Assembly (NCBI GenBank): GCA_963845065.1
Contig: CAWJQQ010000008.1
Span: 384,001-448,000, forward strand
Length of the DNA: 64,000 nt
Direction: 5' to 3'
From: Nitrospirota bacterium
GTDB taxonomy: Bacteria > Nitrospirota > UBA9217
Position 1 is the first letter of the stretch; each line of letters opens with the position of its first letter. Below, piece after piece: positions 30,221-42,722 of the stretch. Below the pieces are notes generated by a model. It saw nothing but the letters and a program-made list of their open reading frames with translations. It made no database searches and was not told where the DNA came from. A program made the translations under genes and the position numbers.

Positions 30221-30257
30221 TTGTTGCAGCTTGCCGGTCGATATATAGTATAAATAA

Positions 30258-30294
30258 AACGCTCTGAGATATGCTGCTCAGAGCGTTCTTGTTT
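30258..30294 (+). terminator. Terminator-like hairpin
   Basis: AACGCTCTGAG-8 nt-CTCAGAGCGTT then CTTGTTT. Confidence 0.65.
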
Positions 30295-30303
30295 GAATTG
30301 ACA

Positions 30304-30867
30304 ATGGAAAATAAGATAAGAATCGGTATAAGTTCCTGTCTGCTTGGCAATAATGTTCGCTATGATGGCGGGAACAAGCTCGAATATTATCTGCGCGATA
30401 CACTTGGCCAGATTGTAGAATGGGTGCCGGTGTGCCCCGAGGTCGAGTCAGGCCTTACAGTACCGAGAGAGGCTATGCACTTGATCGGCGATCGAGATAT
30501 ACCGAGGCTTGTGACGATCCTAACTGGAATCGATCACACGGAGCGGCTGACGCAATGGGCCCGGGGTAAACTCGCAGAGCTTTCGCACCTTGACCTTTGT
30601 GGATTCGTTTTCAAGGCACGGTCGCCGAGCTGCGGTGTCCGTGATGCAGAGATTGTCACCCCTTCTAGTAGTACAGCCGGTAAGCGAGCGGGCCTGTTCG
30701 CCGCAGCGATAATGAAATACTTCCCAGACCTTCCAGTCGAAGATGAAGAGAGGTTCCTGGACGCTGCATTCAGAGAGAGTTTTATTCTTCTGCGCCGTAA
30801 AACTCCGTCTCTTCAGGGAGGGGATATCAGGCGCTGGTTGCGAAGCGGCCAGAGAAGCATCGTTTAG
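30304..30867 (+). CDS. DUF523 (2-thiouracil desulfurase family) protein; native 3' end displaced to 31377-31407 by an insertion
   Basis: IGISSCLLG..VRYDG, VCPEVESGL..PRE, KARSPSCG; tail after RESFI is element-derived. Confidence 0.88.
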   Translation: MENKIRIGISSCLLGNNVRYDGGNKLEYYLRDTLGQIVEWVPVCPEVESGLTVPREAMHLIGDRDIPRLVTILTGIDHTERLTQWARGKLAELSHLDLCGFVFKARSPSCGVRDAEIVTPSSSTAGKRAGLFAAAIMKYFPDLPVEDEERFLDAAFRESFILLRRKTPSLQGGDIRRWLRSGQRSIV

Positions 30868-31376
30868 TAAATGATGTTTTGGCAATAGATTGACAATCGA
30901 TCGTCCACCTATCTGATTTAATTACCCGGGCTTCCTGGCTTTTCTGCAGCTAAGCTTTGGAACACCACCGTGTGGCATACCAAGGAAGCCTGGACCACCG
31001 CAAGAAAAAATCCTTTTCTACTCCGAGCTTGATATCGCTATTAAACAAGGGTATCTTCTCTGGTGTTGCCGACTGCACTCACAAAGCGCAGAGGCAGTTC
31101 TGGAAGAGCTTTGGCAGTCATATAAATCATGGTTCGCACTCCGTCTTAAAAGGTATCTCCCGGAGCAAATAGGTGACTCTTGGAATAGTGGCTGTTTGGC
31201 ACAGCCGTCGGCCAACCGGTTCACCTGAGAAAAAATCAGGCCAGTACCATCAGCCCACGAGTCGGGAACATGGCAAACATCTCCGCAGCATCCGAAAACA
31301 GGATCAGCAGTGGTTCTCAGTAGCAATAGGGCCTGATTCGGGAATCCAAGGCCTTAAAAGCAGGAGAGGATGTCAA
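30786..31376 (+). mobile_element. Non-autonomous IS200/IS605-family element with internally deleted tnpB
   Basis: Follows TTAT; left end GCCGTAAAACTCCGTCTCTTCAGGGAGGGGATATCAGGCG; right end GGAATCC...GAGGATGTCAA; no target duplication; removal restores the host reading frame. Confidence 0.85.
30931..31228 (+). pseudogene. tnpB: tnpB remnant (frameshifted N-terminus fused to extreme C-terminus, no RuvC)
   Basis: FSAAKLWNTTVW; then in another frame LHSQSAEAVLEELWQSYKSWFALR joined to LKRYLP..NSGCLAQP. Confidence 0.75.
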
Positions 31377-31473
31377 TAAAGGGTTTTTTGCTTATCAACG
31401 GCATTAAATTGCTTTTCATAATGGTTGACGGTATAATAATTTTAAAAAAATAATAGCAGATTGAGAGGACTTC

Positions 31474-32937
31474 ATGCTCGAACGTATTCAGAAAATCATT
31501 TCTGCAGCAGGCATAACTTCCCGCCGTGCGGCAGAACGGCTCATCCTTGATGGCAGAGTGCGTGTGAACGGCCAGGTGGTGACCGAGCTAGGTACCAAGG
31601 CGGACGCATCAAAGGACCATATCAAAGTCGATGGTAAATTGATCAATCCTAAACAGCCATTGGTCTATGTCATGCTAAACAAACCAGCGGGCTATGTCAC
31701 GACCATGGCAGACCCCGAAGGTAGGCCAACGGTGCTCAATTTACTCAAGGGATTAAAGGCCCGCGTATATCCGGTGGGGCGGTTGGATTACAACACCGAA
31801 GGACTGCTGCTCCTTACTAATGATGGGGATTTCGCGCACCTTATCACCCACCCCAAACATGAATTCCCCAAGACCTACCGTGCAAAGGTCAAAGGCGTTC
31901 TCGAAGATCATCAGATCGAGCAGCTCGAGAACGGCATCTACCTGGATGATGGAAAGACCGCACCGGCAAGGCTCAAGAAGGTAAGCAAGGAAGAAACAAA
32001 CTCCTGGCTGGAGATCACGATCCACGAGGGAAGAAAACGCCAGGTCCGGCGCATGTTTGACCGTGTAGGCCATTCCGTGATTAAACTCAAGCGTATCAAA
32101 ACGGGGAACCTGATACTTGGCGATCTGCCTGATGGTGCTTTCCGCTATCTTACGCCGGAGGAGGTCAAGGCATTAAAGGAACTTGCAGTGAAAGAAGTGA
32201 CGGCCGGGACAAGAAGCCCGAAGCCTGAAATGAAATACGAGAAAACGGAAGAGAGGGCGCAACGACCGCTCAACAAGCCGGGTATTAGTATCGGCATGCG
32301 GGCAAGGGGACGCGGAACACGGCCGGATGATAGGCAGGGTCAAAGTGCACATAAGGACAAGGCCCGCAGGCCAGGCCCCCGCGCATCGGCACAGCGTGTT
32401 TTTACGGGCGGGGTCCCTCGGGAAAGCAGAGTTCCTTATTCGGCAACGGGAAGACCTCGGCCTGATGACAGGCGGTCCGCGTCATACGGCCAAAGCCCCA
32501 GGAGCGAAAGCAAATGGAAGAGCCAGGGGCCCCGGGTCCCTGGACAGGGCGCGAGCGGGAGAGGTCCAAGACGTCCGCCAAGGGATGAGGGAAGCATGCT
32601 AAGCCATACATCCGCGTTTACGAGACGTGAATCAGGGAAAAGCCCCGGAATCAGCGAAAAAGGTCATAGAAGCATGGGAACATTCCGTCCAGGGCAAGCA
32701 TCAAGGAGCCATGAAGCGCCAAAAAGTTTTGCTGGCAAACCAAGAGGCAAGAAATCCATAGCTGCAAGGATCCGTGGGAAAATATTTGATAAAAGCGTAG
32801 ATATGAGTCCAGGAACAGACCGGACAACAGGGTCAAACAGCAAGGACCGCAGACCCCGTCGTACATACGATCAAGGCGAAAGAGGATCATCAACTGTTCA
32901 GGGCGCCAGCCGCAAGCCTTATCGTACGAGACGCTAG
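31474..32937 (+). CDS. rluB: rRNA pseudouridine synthase, RluB/RsuA family, with long disordered tail
   Basis: S4 domain ERIQKIIS..SRR, LNKPAG, VGRLDYNTEGLLLLTNDG, EGRKRQVRRM. Confidence 0.9.
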   Translation: MLERIQKIISAAGITSRRAAERLILDGRVRVNGQVVTELGTKADASKDHIKVDGKLINPKQPLVYVMLNKPAGYVTTMADPEGRPTVLNLLKGLKARVYPVGRLDYNTEGLLLLTNDGDFAHLITHPKHEFPKTYRAKVKGVLEDHQIEQLENGIYLDDGKTAPARLKKVSKEETNSWLEITIHEGRKRQVRRMFDRVGHSVIKLKRIKTGNLILGDLPDGAFRYLTPEEVKALKELAVKEVTAGTRSPKPEMKYEKTEERAQRPLNKPGISIGMRARGRGTRPDDRQGQSAHKDKARRPGPRASAQRVFTGGVPRESRVPYSATGRPRPDDRRSASYGQSPRSESKWKSQGPRVPGQGASGRGPRRPPRDEGSMLSHTSAFTRRESGKSPGISEKGHRSMGTFRPGQASRSHEAPKSFAGKPRGKKSIAARIRGKIFDKSVDMSPGTDRTTGSNSKDRRPRRTYDQGERGSSTVQGASRKPYRTRR

Positions 32938-33021
32938 ATACTCGGACAAAGCAAGGAAAAACAAACTAAGAAGAGATCGATGGCCAAAGGCTTTTTGTCC
33001 TCAAAGTTGAGTAAACAGCAT

Positions 33022-33312
33022 ATGGACCATCTACGTGCAATCGTAATCATCCATGGAGTAGTTCAGGGAGTTTTTTTTCGGGCATCCACACGCAGTGAGG
33101 CAATGCGGATCGGCGTCGGAGGCTGGGTCAGGAACCTGACGGACGGGACCGTTCAAGCGCTCTTCGAGGGGGAAACGAAGAAAGTAGAGGAAATCATCGG
33201 GTGGTGCCACAAAGGCCCGCCGGGAGCACGGGTAAGCAAGGTGGAAATTTTTTGGGAGCCTTACAAGGGAGAGTTCAGGCTGTTTGAAATTCGACATGGC
33301 TATGCCGACTAG
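33022..33312 (+). CDS. acyP: Acylphosphatase
   Basis: GVVQGVFFR, GWVRNLTDGTV, GPPGARV. Confidence 0.93.
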   Translation: MDHLRAIVIIHGVVQGVFFRASTRSEAMRIGVGGWVRNLTDGTVQALFEGETKKVEEIIGWCHKGPPGARVSKVEIFWEPYKGEFRLFEIRHGYAD

Positions 33313-34021
33313 ATACCTTTTACCGGTCCTAGTTTTCATCTTCATTTTTAGCGCATGCAAAGCTGAAAAACCGGTACAACACAAAAAGTCTGCTCCGGCC
33401 TTGGTCATCAGGCCGAAATATGCTCTGCTAAGCGCGGAGCAGCGCAAAGAACTAGGGTTCCCGGCCGGTCTGATCGCAAAAGTCGAGCTTGCGGCCGGCG
33501 CAGAAGCTGAACCGTTTTTCATGACCGTATTCATGCAATCGGAGAACCTGAAAGGCGATAAAGGGTTTGAGAGCAAGAAGCTCGCCGGCTTCAGCGTTCA
33601 CGCTAAACGATCCATTCATGTCATCGACGCTCTCCGCGCATCTCTGCGAGCGCAAGGCTACTTGATTTTTAAAACCCACACGGGCTACGGACAATTGCCC
33701 GATGTTCTCACGGTAATTAAAGGTAACAACTCCTACGATATTCTCAAGATCCAGTCAACAGAAGGGCTGAACTACAATCTCGATACCAAGACAATCATCG
33801 CTTGGCTTAAGGAGCAGCAAAAGTTGGGGACGTTCGTGATTATTGGAGCTGGTCCTGACTGGATTGAGGCGAGGTTTATCAAACCTCCGCAGAACATGCT
33901 TTCGTTTGCAAAAAAAGTGAATGCTTTTGCACCTGATGTAATGGTGTCCGGCCCTAAAACCGTGGACAAGCTCGCCGAACGGATGAAGCGGATGAATGGG
34001 TTTAATCTCGAATGGGACTGA
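33302..34021 (+). CDS. DUF4253-like lipoprotein
   Basis: Lipobox FSAC; TEGLNY, FAPD and terminal WD. Confidence 0.7.
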   Translation: MPTRYLLPVLVFIFIFSACKAEKPVQHKKSAPALVIRPKYALLSAEQRKELGFPAGLIAKVELAAGAEAEPFFMTVFMQSENLKGDKGFESKKLAGFSVHAKRSIHVIDALRASLRAQGYLIFKTHTGYGQLPDVLTVIKGNNSYDILKIQSTEGLNYNLDTKTIIAWLKEQQKLGTFVIIGAGPDWIEARFIKPPQNMLSFAKKVNAFAPDVMVSGPKTVDKLAERMKRMNGFNLEWD

Positions 34022-34203
34022 ACAAGGCATGATCCAGGCGTGTTAAATTCGCGAACGAATGTTAACATATGTGACTCAGTTACTTGCCTTAAGGAACGCG
34101 AACTGAACTGCGCGAGCCCTGAGCTTATTGATTTCTCCCACACGACATAATACGAATATCCTTTATCTTTGGCACAATTTATCTTTGTGATAAGGTGATT
34201 TGA

Positions 34204-34902
34204 ATGTTCATACTTGGGATAGAAACATCAACCAAGACCGGCAGTGTCGCCATAGTATCAGGCGATTGCGTCATCGGGCAGTACAGCCTGAATATCGAAC
34301 TCACGCATTCCGAACGGTTGATGGCAACCGTGGATCGGGTGCTCAAGGACACTGGCCTTGTCATCGCTGATCTGGACGGTTTTGCTGTTGCAATCGGGCC
34401 AGGATCGTTCACGGGACTTCGCATCGGCACCTCAACAGCAAAGGGGCTTGCTTTTGCAACGGGTAAGCCGGTGGCTGCAGTGCCTACACTCCAGGCATTG
34501 GCGTGGAACCTTCCCTATGCAGAGTACCCGGTATGTCCGCTGCTCGATGCCCGCAAAAATGAAGTATATGCTGCTCTCTATAACAACGATGGTTCTGTCC
34601 CTGCCCAGACGATGCCGGAAACGGTGATCTCGCTCGGCCAGCTTGCAGCTTGGGTTGTCGGCACGACGGTCTTCACCGGAGAGGGTTCACATATCTATCG
34701 TGAAGAAATAGAAAGAATATTCAACAAGCGGGCGTTGTTTGCGCCGCGCTCCGCAATTTTACCATCCGCTGCAGCCGTCGCGGAAATCGGTCTTGAGATG
34801 CTCAGAAGCGGAAAGCAGGCAGACCTCGATTTGCTGACGCCAAAATATATACGCAGGCCAGAGGCAGAGGTGGCGTGGGAAAAGAGACAGAAATCACGAT
34901 AG
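34204..34902 (+). CDS. tsaB: tRNA threonylcarbamoyladenosine biosynthesis protein TsaB
   Basis: [32 protein letters not shown]. Confidence 0.95.
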   Translation: MFILGIETSTKTGSVAIVSGDCVIGQYSLNIELTHSERLMATVDRVLKDTGLVIADLDGFAVAIGPGSFTGLRIGTSTAKGLAFATGKPVAAVPTLQALAWNLPYAEYPVCPLLDARKNEVYAALYNNDGSVPAQTMPETVISLGQLAAWVVGTTVFTGEGSHIYREEIERIFNKRALFAPRSAILPSAAAVAEIGLEMLRSGKQADLDLLTPKYIRRPEAEVAWEKRQKSR

Positions 34903-35369
34903 ACTTCATGAGGAAGGAAGATATTGACCAGGTCATGGCCATCGAGCAGGAATCGTTCAGCATCCCCTGGTCAAGAAATCTGTTCCTCTCGGAATTTAGA
35001 AGCCCCGGGATCTCCACTCTCATGGTGGCGCTGTCAGACGCTTCGGTACGTACCATCATCGCGTATATCATATTTTGGCGCATTGGGGATGAGATGCATA
35101 TTCTGAATCTCGCTGTGACGCCTACTTATAGGCGTCAGAGGGTTGCCAGAAAACTCGTCCTTGCTTCAATCAAACATGCACACCAAAAGGGTGCGCGGAG
35201 AGCATTTCTGGAGGTAAGGACCTCAAACGCCGTAGCGATGAAACTTTACTCGGATCTCGGTTTTACGGGCATCGCAGTTCGTCGCGACTACTATGATGCG
35301 CCGGTAGAGGACGCGGTGATCATGGGCCTGGCGGAGAGTGCTTTTAAAAGCTTGGCAATTGGCGCATGA
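34875..35369 (+). CDS. rimI: Ribosomal protein S18 alanine N-acetyltransferase
   Basis: IEQESFSIPWS, HILNLAV, LEVRTSN, RRDYY; follows tsaB. Confidence 0.92.
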   Translation: MGKETEITIDFMRKEDIDQVMAIEQESFSIPWSRNLFLSEFRSPGISTLMVALSDASVRTIIAYIIFWRIGDEMHILNLAVTPTYRRQRVARKLVLASIKHAHQKGARRAFLEVRTSNAVAMKLYSDLGFTGIAVRRDYYDAPVEDAVIMGLAESAFKSLAIGA

Positions 35370-35521
35370 TAGTCAGTAAATGCATGTTTTTACATATTTT
35401 TTATGCACTTGCATTTTCCAATGAAATGTGATAATTTTTCATAGTTACAAACATGTTACAGTCTTGCGGCTTTTTTCCTACGCATTCTCCTAGAACTAAC
35501 CCCTAAAAGGAGGGAAGCACT

Positions 35522-35752
35522 ATGATGAATCTGGAGGTAAGCGAAGAAGCTCTTGTAGCAAAACTCAGGATTGAGGATCCAGAGTTCCAGAAATGGGAAG
35601 CTGAGCATCACAAACTGGACTCTACTCTGAAGAGTATTGACACGCACGTGTATCTCACTCCTGAGGAAGAAGTGGAGCGGAAGAGAATCCAGAAGCTTAA
35701 GCTCGCAGCAAAAGACAAAATGATGGATATGGTCAGGCATTGCAAGGTTTGA
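35522..35752 (+). CDS. DUF465 (YdcH-like) small coiled-coil protein
   Basis: EHHKLD..LTPEEEVERKRIQKLKLAAKD; GGAGG SD. Confidence 0.8.
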   Translation: MMNLEVSEEALVAKLRIEDPEFQKWEAEHHKLDSTLKSIDTHVYLTPEEEVERKRIQKLKLAAKDKMMDMVRHCKV

Positions 35753-35822
35753 AGAGCCTGATGGAAAAAGGGCAGGGTAAATAAACCTCGCCTTAGCTGT
35801 TTTAAAACCGAAAACAAGACCG

Positions 35823-35863
35823 AAAATCCCTCTTTACCGAGTGAAGGTGAGAGGGATTTTTTT
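35823..35863 (+). terminator. Rho-independent terminator
   Basis: AAAATCCCTCT...AGAGGGATTTT plus T run. Confidence 0.8.
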
Positions 35864-36044
35864 ATTGACTAAAATGACCTATCTATGTTAAAAATAATGA
35901 TAATTGGCCTGCAAAAGTCCAAGAGCTGCGTATGCAGCATCCTTTCTTAGTGCGGCGTACCATATGCGTACGCCACATTTGTCTTGAGAGATAATCGCGC
36001 GTAGGGCACAGAACCCGTGCAGAAACAAAGTGAGGAGCTAAAAA

Positions 36045-37697
36045 TTGAGAAGCGACAGAATCAAGAAAGGCATGGAGCGCGCGCCGCACAGGGCTCTTTT
36101 ATTCGCTACGGGTATCACGCGGAGCGAACTTGACAAACCCATGATCGGCATCGCCACGAGTTTCACGGACTTGATCCCGGGCCATATCGGCATGCGCGAT
36201 CTAGAGCGGTTTATTGAGAAGGGAGTTCACGCAGGCGGCGGCTGGCCGCTTTTCTTCGGGCTTCCCGGCATCTGCGATGGTATTGCCATGGGGCATAGCG
36301 GCATGCACTACTCCCTGCCCTCCCGCGAGTTGATCGCCGATATGGTGGAATCCATTTCCTTGGCCCACGCCTTCGACGGCCTCGTGCTGCTGACGAATTG
36401 TGACAAAATCACTCCGGGCATGCTCATGGCAGCAGCGCGGACCGACATCCCGACCATTGTCGTGACCGCAGGTCCCATGCATTCCGGCAACTACCGTGGC
36501 AACCGGGTCAATCTTATCAGCGCCTTTGAGGCTGTCGGCAAGGTGAGGAAAGGCGAGATGTCCGAAACGGACCTCGCTGAGCTTGAGGTCTGTGCATGCC
36601 CCGGACCCGGTTCTTGCCAAGGCATGTACACGGCGAACACCATGGCCTGCGTAACCGAGTCGCTCGGCATGAGCATGCCGGGATGTGCTACGGCACTGGC
36701 TGTTTCGGGTGAAAAGCGGCGGATCGCCTTCGAGAGCGGAAAGCGCATCACTGGCATGGTGAAGGAAAATCTCACGCCTCGGAAGATTATGACAAGGAAC
36801 GCCTTTGAGAACGCGATCCGGATCGACATGGCGCTCGGCGGCTCGACGAATACCACTCTTCATATCCCGGCAATCGCGCACGATGCCGGCATTAGCATCC
36901 CTATCGAGTACTTTGACAGGATCAGCCGCACGACACCTCACCTGTGCAACATGCTGCCCGGCGGTCCTACCTATATGGAGGACCTGGACGCTGCAGGCGG
37001 TATACCGGGTTTATTGTCCCGCTTCACCAATGTGCTCAAGCCTTCACCCACAGTTAGCGGCAGATCGATCATCGACAATGCAAAGGCAGGGCGCGTCGGG
37101 AACGATGATGTCATCCGGACTTTGAAAAACGCCTACCACAAAGAGGGCGGGATCGCGGTGCTCTCCGGCAATCTTGCTCCGCTCGGCTGTGTCGTGAAGC
37201 AGACGGCGGTGAGCGAGGAGATGAAAAAGTTCGAGGGGACGGCCATCGTGTTCGATTCTGAAGAAGAGTCGATGAAGGCCATCCTCGCGAACAGGATCAA
37301 ACGGGGACACGTGATCGTGATCCGTTATGAAGGGCCAAAGGGAGGGCCGGGCATGCGTGAAATGCTTTCTCCCACATCAGCCATCTCCGGCATGGGGCTT
37401 GGAGAGTCGGTCGTACTGCTCACAGACGGCCGGTTCTCGGGTGGAACGCGGGGACCCTGCATCGGCCATATTTCACCGGAGGCGGCCGAGGGCGGACCGA
37501 TTGCAATCGTGCGAAACGGCGACAAGATCATCCTTGACATCCCGAACCGCAAGCTAGAACTCAAACTTTCCAACGCCGAGATCAAGAAGCGGCTCGCGAA
37601 GTGGAAGCCACGGGATCCGAAGATCACGCACGGATGGCTTGCAAGGTACGCAAAGGTTGTGACTTCGGCAAACACCGGGGCTATCGTAAAAGCGTAA
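36045..37697 (+). CDS. ilvD: Dihydroxy-acid dehydratase
   Basis: [41 protein letters not shown]. Confidence 0.97.
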   Translation: MRSDRIKKGMERAPHRALLFATGITRSELDKPMIGIATSFTDLIPGHIGMRDLERFIEKGVHAGGGWPLFFGLPGICDGIAMGHSGMHYSLPSRELIADMVESISLAHAFDGLVLLTNCDKITPGMLMAAARTDIPTIVVTAGPMHSGNYRGNRVNLISAFEAVGKVRKGEMSETDLAELEVCACPGPGSCQGMYTANTMACVTESLGMSMPGCATALAVSGEKRRIAFESGKRITGMVKENLTPRKIMTRNAFENAIRIDMALGGSTNTTLHIPAIAHDAGISIPIEYFDRISRTTPHLCNMLPGGPTYMEDLDAAGGIPGLLSRFTNVLKPSPTVSGRSIIDNAKAGRVGNDDVIRTLKNAYHKEGGIAVLSGNLAPLGCVVKQTAVSEEMKKFEGTAIVFDSEEESMKAILANRIKRGHVIVIRYEGPKGGPGMREMLSPTSAISGMGLGESVVLLTDGRFSGGTRGPCIGHISPEAAEGGPIAIVRNGDKIILDIPNRKLELKLSNAEIKKRLAKWKPRDPKITHGWLARYAKVVTSANTGAIVKA

Positions 37698-37807
37698 AGT
37701 CAGGAGGTTGGAGAGATCATAAGTTTAAGCGGGCGGAATAAACAAAAATCGAATGTCTGCCTCCCAACCTCTCATCTATTTACTTTCTGTCATTTAAAGG
37801 GTGAACC

Positions 37808-39547
37808 ATGGAAAATAAAGAGATAACCGGTGCTGAAATCCTTCTTGAATGTCTGAAGAAGGAAAAAATCGATACGCTCTTCTGCTATCCTGGCGGCGTG
37901 GTGCTCAAGATATTTGATGTGCTCTACGAGCAAAAGGATGTTCGCGTGATTCTGCCACGACACGAGCAGGGCGGTGTCCACATGGCCGACGGCTATGCGC
38001 GTTCCACCGGCAAAGTCGGCGTGGCCCTTGTTACATCCGGTCCCGGCGCCACCAATGTGGTCACGGCCCTTACCACAGCCTATATGGATTCCATCCCGCT
38101 CGTGGTTTTTACGGGCCAGGTGCCGACCGCTCTCATCGGCAACGACGCGTTCCAGGAAGCTGACATCGTGGGCATTACCCGCCCCTGCACGAAGTATAAC
38201 ATTCTCGTGAAGGATGTGAAGGAGCTTGCCCAGAACATTAAAGAGGCTTTTTACATTGCTTCTACCGGCCGGCCCGGCCCTGTACTCGTTGACCTTCCGC
38301 GGGATGTTGTGACGAACAAGGCCGAGTTCCACTATCCCGACAAGGTCGAAATCAGGAGCTATAACCCCACGGTTTACGGTAACAAGTGGCAGATCAAGCA
38401 GGCGGCCGAGGCGATTGCCAAGGCGAAGAAACCCGTAGCCTATATCGGTGGCGGCGTCATTCTCTCTAATGCCGCTTCGGAAGTCCTCGAGTTTGCCGAG
38501 ATCACAAAAATTCCAGTGACCCACACCCTGATGGGCATCGGGGGTTTCCCCGGCACCCATCCGCTGTCGCTCGGGATGCTCGGCATGCACGGTACGTATT
38601 ATGCAAATATGTCAATTCACAACTCCGACCTCATTGTCGCCATCGGAGCACGGTTTGACGATCGGGTGACGGGTAAAGTGGAAGGATTTGCGCCCGAGGC
38701 CAAGATCATCCATATCGACGTTGACCCGACATCAATCAGAAAAAACGTGCGTGTAGATATCCCGATCGTGGGCGACGTGAAGCATGTGATGGTGGAGCTC
38801 AACAAGGAACTCCATCACATTAAAGAGCCCTGGGAGGCGATCCGGAAGAGCTGGCTCAAACAGATCGACGCCTGGCGCGAAGAGCATCCGCTTACGTACG
38901 AATATCTGGATGATGTCATCAAGCCGCAGTTCGTAGTCCAGAAACTCTATGAGATCACCGCTGGCGATGCGATCGTCGTGACAGATGTGGGCCAGCACCA
39001 GATGTGGGCCGCGCAGTATTACAAGTTCGACAAGCCCCGGAACTGGTGCACCTCAGGCGGCCTCGGGACGATGGGGTATGGGTTCCCGGCTGCGATCGGC
39101 GCCAAGGTTGCCCATCCTGACCGGGAGGTATTCAGCATCTCGGGCGACGGAAGCATCCAGATGAACATCCAGGAGCTTGCAACATCGGTGGAAAACAATA
39201 TACCGGTGAAAGTAGTGATCCTGAACAACCGCTACCTGGGCATGGTGAGGCAGTGGCAGGAGCTGTTCTACGCCGAGCGCTACTCATCGGTTGACCTCGG
39301 CAGCACGCCGGATTTCGTTAAGCTTGCCGAGGCATATGGTGCGATCGGCTTGAGGGCGGTCAAGCCCACGGAGGTAGAACCGGTCCTCAAAGAGGCGCTC
39401 AAGGCCAAGAAGACGGTGTTCATGGATTTTGTGACTGCCCGGTACGAGAAAGTCTACCCCATGGTGCCGGCAGGCGCATCCATTCACGAGATGATTTTCG
39501 GAGAGGAAAAGAAAAAGGAAGAGAAAAAACTCAAAGTCGTGAAATAA
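37808..39547 (+). CDS. ilvB: Acetolactate synthase large subunit
   Basis: [21 protein letters not shown] ThDP motif, LGMVRQWQ. Confidence 0.97.
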   Translation: MENKEITGAEILLECLKKEKIDTLFCYPGGVVLKIFDVLYEQKDVRVILPRHEQGGVHMADGYARSTGKVGVALVTSGPGATNVVTALTTAYMDSIPLVVFTGQVPTALIGNDAFQEADIVGITRPCTKYNILVKDVKELAQNIKEAFYIASTGRPGPVLVDLPRDVVTNKAEFHYPDKVEIRSYNPTVYGNKWQIKQAAEAIAKAKKPVAYIGGGVILSNAASEVLEFAEITKIPVTHTLMGIGGFPGTHPLSLGMLGMHGTYYANMSIHNSDLIVAIGARFDDRVTGKVEGFAPEAKIIHIDVDPTSIRKNVRVDIPIVGDVKHVMVELNKELHHIKEPWEAIRKSWLKQIDAWREEHPLTYEYLDDVIKPQFVVQKLYEITAGDAIVVTDVGQHQMWAAQYYKFDKPRNWCTSGGLGTMGYGFPAAIGAKVAHPDREVFSISGDGSIQMNIQELATSVENNIPVKVVILNNRYLGMVRQWQELFYAERYSSVDLGSTPDFVKLAEAYGAIGLRAVKPTEVEPVLKEALKAKKTVFMDFVTARYEKVYPMVPAGASIHEMIFGEEKKKEEKKLKVVK

Positions 39548-39648
39548 ACATCACAAGAAGTTGCAACTGCACAGAGCACGATAAAAACAAGAAGCAGCTA
39601 TTTTTTAAATAGCTGTATTAAGGCAGGGTTAACAATAAGGATGAACTC

Positions 39649-40122
39649 ATGAAACACATCATTTCCATACAGGTTGAAAATAAATTCGGTGTGTTATCGC
39701 GCGTATCAGGGCTGTTCAGCGGCAGGGGTTTCAACATCGAGACCATTTCCGTCGGCCCCACGCTCGATCCCACGATTTCTCAGATGACGATCGTGACCAC
39801 GGGCGACGATCGCATTCTTGAGCAGATCCTCAAACAGCTTAACAAACTGATCGATGTCATCAAGGTGACAGACCTGGCGGAGAAAGAATTCGTCGAGCGT
39901 GAAATGTGCCTCATTAAAGTCAACGCACCGGCGGAGCACCGGGCCGAGGCTCTCAGGATCGCCGATATCTTCCGCGCACGAGTCGTCGATTCCTCGCAGA
40001 GGAGCTATACGTTCCAGGTTACAGGCGACGAGAAAAAAATAATGGCTATAATCGAGCTGCTTCGCCCTATCGGAATCAAGGAAATTGTTCGTACCGGCAA
40101 AGTAGCGATGACCAGAGAATGA
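39649..40122 (+). CDS. ilvN: Acetolactate synthase small (regulatory) subunit
   Basis: [36 protein letters not shown]. Confidence 0.96.
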   Translation: MKHIISIQVENKFGVLSRVSGLFSGRGFNIETISVGPTLDPTISQMTIVTTGDDRILEQILKQLNKLIDVIKVTDLAEKEFVEREMCLIKVNAPAEHRAEALRIADIFRARVVDSSQRSYTFQVTGDEKKIMAIIELLRPIGIKEIVRTGKVAMTRE

Positions 40123-40799
40123 TTGCGATCGGAGGAATACAAGTGACGGATTGGACCGGAAAGACGCGTTTTGCGGTTGGATGGGTGATCTCGTCGATCA
40201 TCGCGATTGTTCTTTTCTCCGGGTGCGCAGAGAAGGGGCCCATTCTTCTCAACGTCGCATATCAGCCTTCGGAAGGCAAGACCGTCACGTCAAAGAAGAT
40301 TGTTGTCGGCCTAAGCCCGTTCAAGGACAACCGCGGGACAGCCGCATCGGTCCTCGGCACGAGAACGGTTCCGAGCGGCATGCAGAATGATTTCGTCGTT
40401 GAGGGAACGGTTGCTGATCTGGTTACAACCGCGCTCAAAGCCGCGCTCAAAGAACATGGCCTGGACGTAAAAGAAGTTCCACCGTGGGACCTCACTGCAG
40501 AGGGGATAAAGGGCGAAGATGCTGAATTGCTGTTCGGCGGTGAGATCAAGACAATGCAGCTGGAGTCAAAAGCCACATCGTTTAAAACGAGCCTGGCTGC
40601 TTCCGTCCAGATCAGGGTCGTTGTCGGGGACATTGCCGCGAAGAAAATTATCAGGACGCTCGATGTGAACAGCAAAATCGAACAGGAAATCCTCTATTCG
40701 CGTGATAAGATGGAGAGCGCACTTTCCGAAGCTCTGACATCGGCGCTAGACCAGATTTTTCAGGATGACGTGTTGAGCAAGCGGCTCCAGCCACGATAG
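40119..40799 (+). CDS. YajG-like lipoprotein (start uncertain)
   Basis: Lipobox FSGC; FKDNR motif; alpha/beta pattern. Confidence 0.65.
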   Translation: MIAIGGIQVTDWTGKTRFAVGWVISSIIAIVLFSGCAEKGPILLNVAYQPSEGKTVTSKKIVVGLSPFKDNRGTAASVLGTRTVPSGMQNDFVVEGTVADLVTTALKAALKEHGLDVKEVPPWDLTAEGIKGEDAELLFGGEIKTMQLESKATSFKTSLAASVQIRVVVGDIAAKKIIRTLDVNSKIEQEILYSRDKMESALSEALTSALDQIFQDDVLSKRLQPR

Positions 40800-40803
40800 C
40801 TGA

Positions 40804-41982
<1,179 letters not shown>

Positions 41983-42077
41983 AAATAACTGCCACTATGG
42001 CATGAAGGCACTAGAGAAATGTTTCAAAAAAATTGTCACTTTTTTTCATGCCTTAGTGTATTTGTGGTGAAAAACTC

Positions 42078-42722
42078 ATGATGAAAAACTACGGCATACC
42101 GGTCGCCTCCGAAGGTTGGCCGTTCATTATCCCTTTGGCAATCGTCACCGCGCTCCTGATCGCGTTCGGCTGGAAGAATGCCGGCGTCGTCATGCTTGCG
42201 CTTACGCTGTTTGTTCTGTTCTTTTTCCGTGATCCCGAGCGTCTGGTACCCGGTGGTAAGGGTATCGTGGTTTCACCAGCAGACGGTAAAGTGATCGTCA
42301 TCAAGGACATTTACGAGCCGACGTATTTAAAACAGGATGTGAAGCAAATCAGCATCTTTTTGTCGGTTTTCAATGTACATGTGAACCGTGCGCCCATCGA
42401 GGGCACGGTAGAACTCGTGAAATATAATCCCGGCAAATTCCATGTTGCCTCGGTCGACAAAGCATCGCTCGACAACGAGCAGACCGCGATGGTCATTGCG
42501 AACGGGAAAGACAAGGTCCTCGTAAAACAAATTGCCGGGCTCATTGCGCGGCGCATAGTCTGTTACGCCAAAGTTGGGGACGTTATCAAGAGAGGCGAAC
42601 GCTATGGCCTGATCCGCTTCGGTTCAAGAACAGACATTTTCCTCCCGAAGGACGCAGAGATCACGGTAAAGCTCGGTGACCGCGTCAAGGGAGCGCGGGA
42701 CATCATCGGGGTGCTGAAATGA
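42078..42722 (+). CDS. psd: Phosphatidylserine decarboxylase proenzyme
   Basis: FFRDPER, SPADG, NVHVNRAP, FGS cleavage site. Confidence 0.95.
   Translation: MMKNYGIPVASEGWPFIIPLAIVTALLIAFGWKNAGVVMLALTLFVLFFFRDPERLVPGGKGIVVSPADGKVIVIKDIYEPTYLKQDVKQISIFLSVFNVHVNRAPIEGTVELVKYNPGKFHVASVDKASLDNEQTAMVIANGKDKVLVKQIAGLIARRIVCYAKVGDVIKRGERYGLIRFGSRTDIFLPKDAEITVKLGDRVKGARDIIGVLK

Noticed and set aside
30786..31376. IStron (group I intron plus IS) interpretation of the insert
   Set aside because: The 591 bp are mostly accounted for by ends and tnpB remnant; no group I core recognised
34170..34186. TGGCAC upstream of tsaB as a sigma-54 promoter
   Set aside because: No -12 TTGC element
35885..35950. 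Ile/Leu-rich short ORF (MLKIMIIGL...) as an ilv attenuator leader
   Set aside because: No SD, it overlaps the likely promoter, and no U-tailed terminator lies before ilvD
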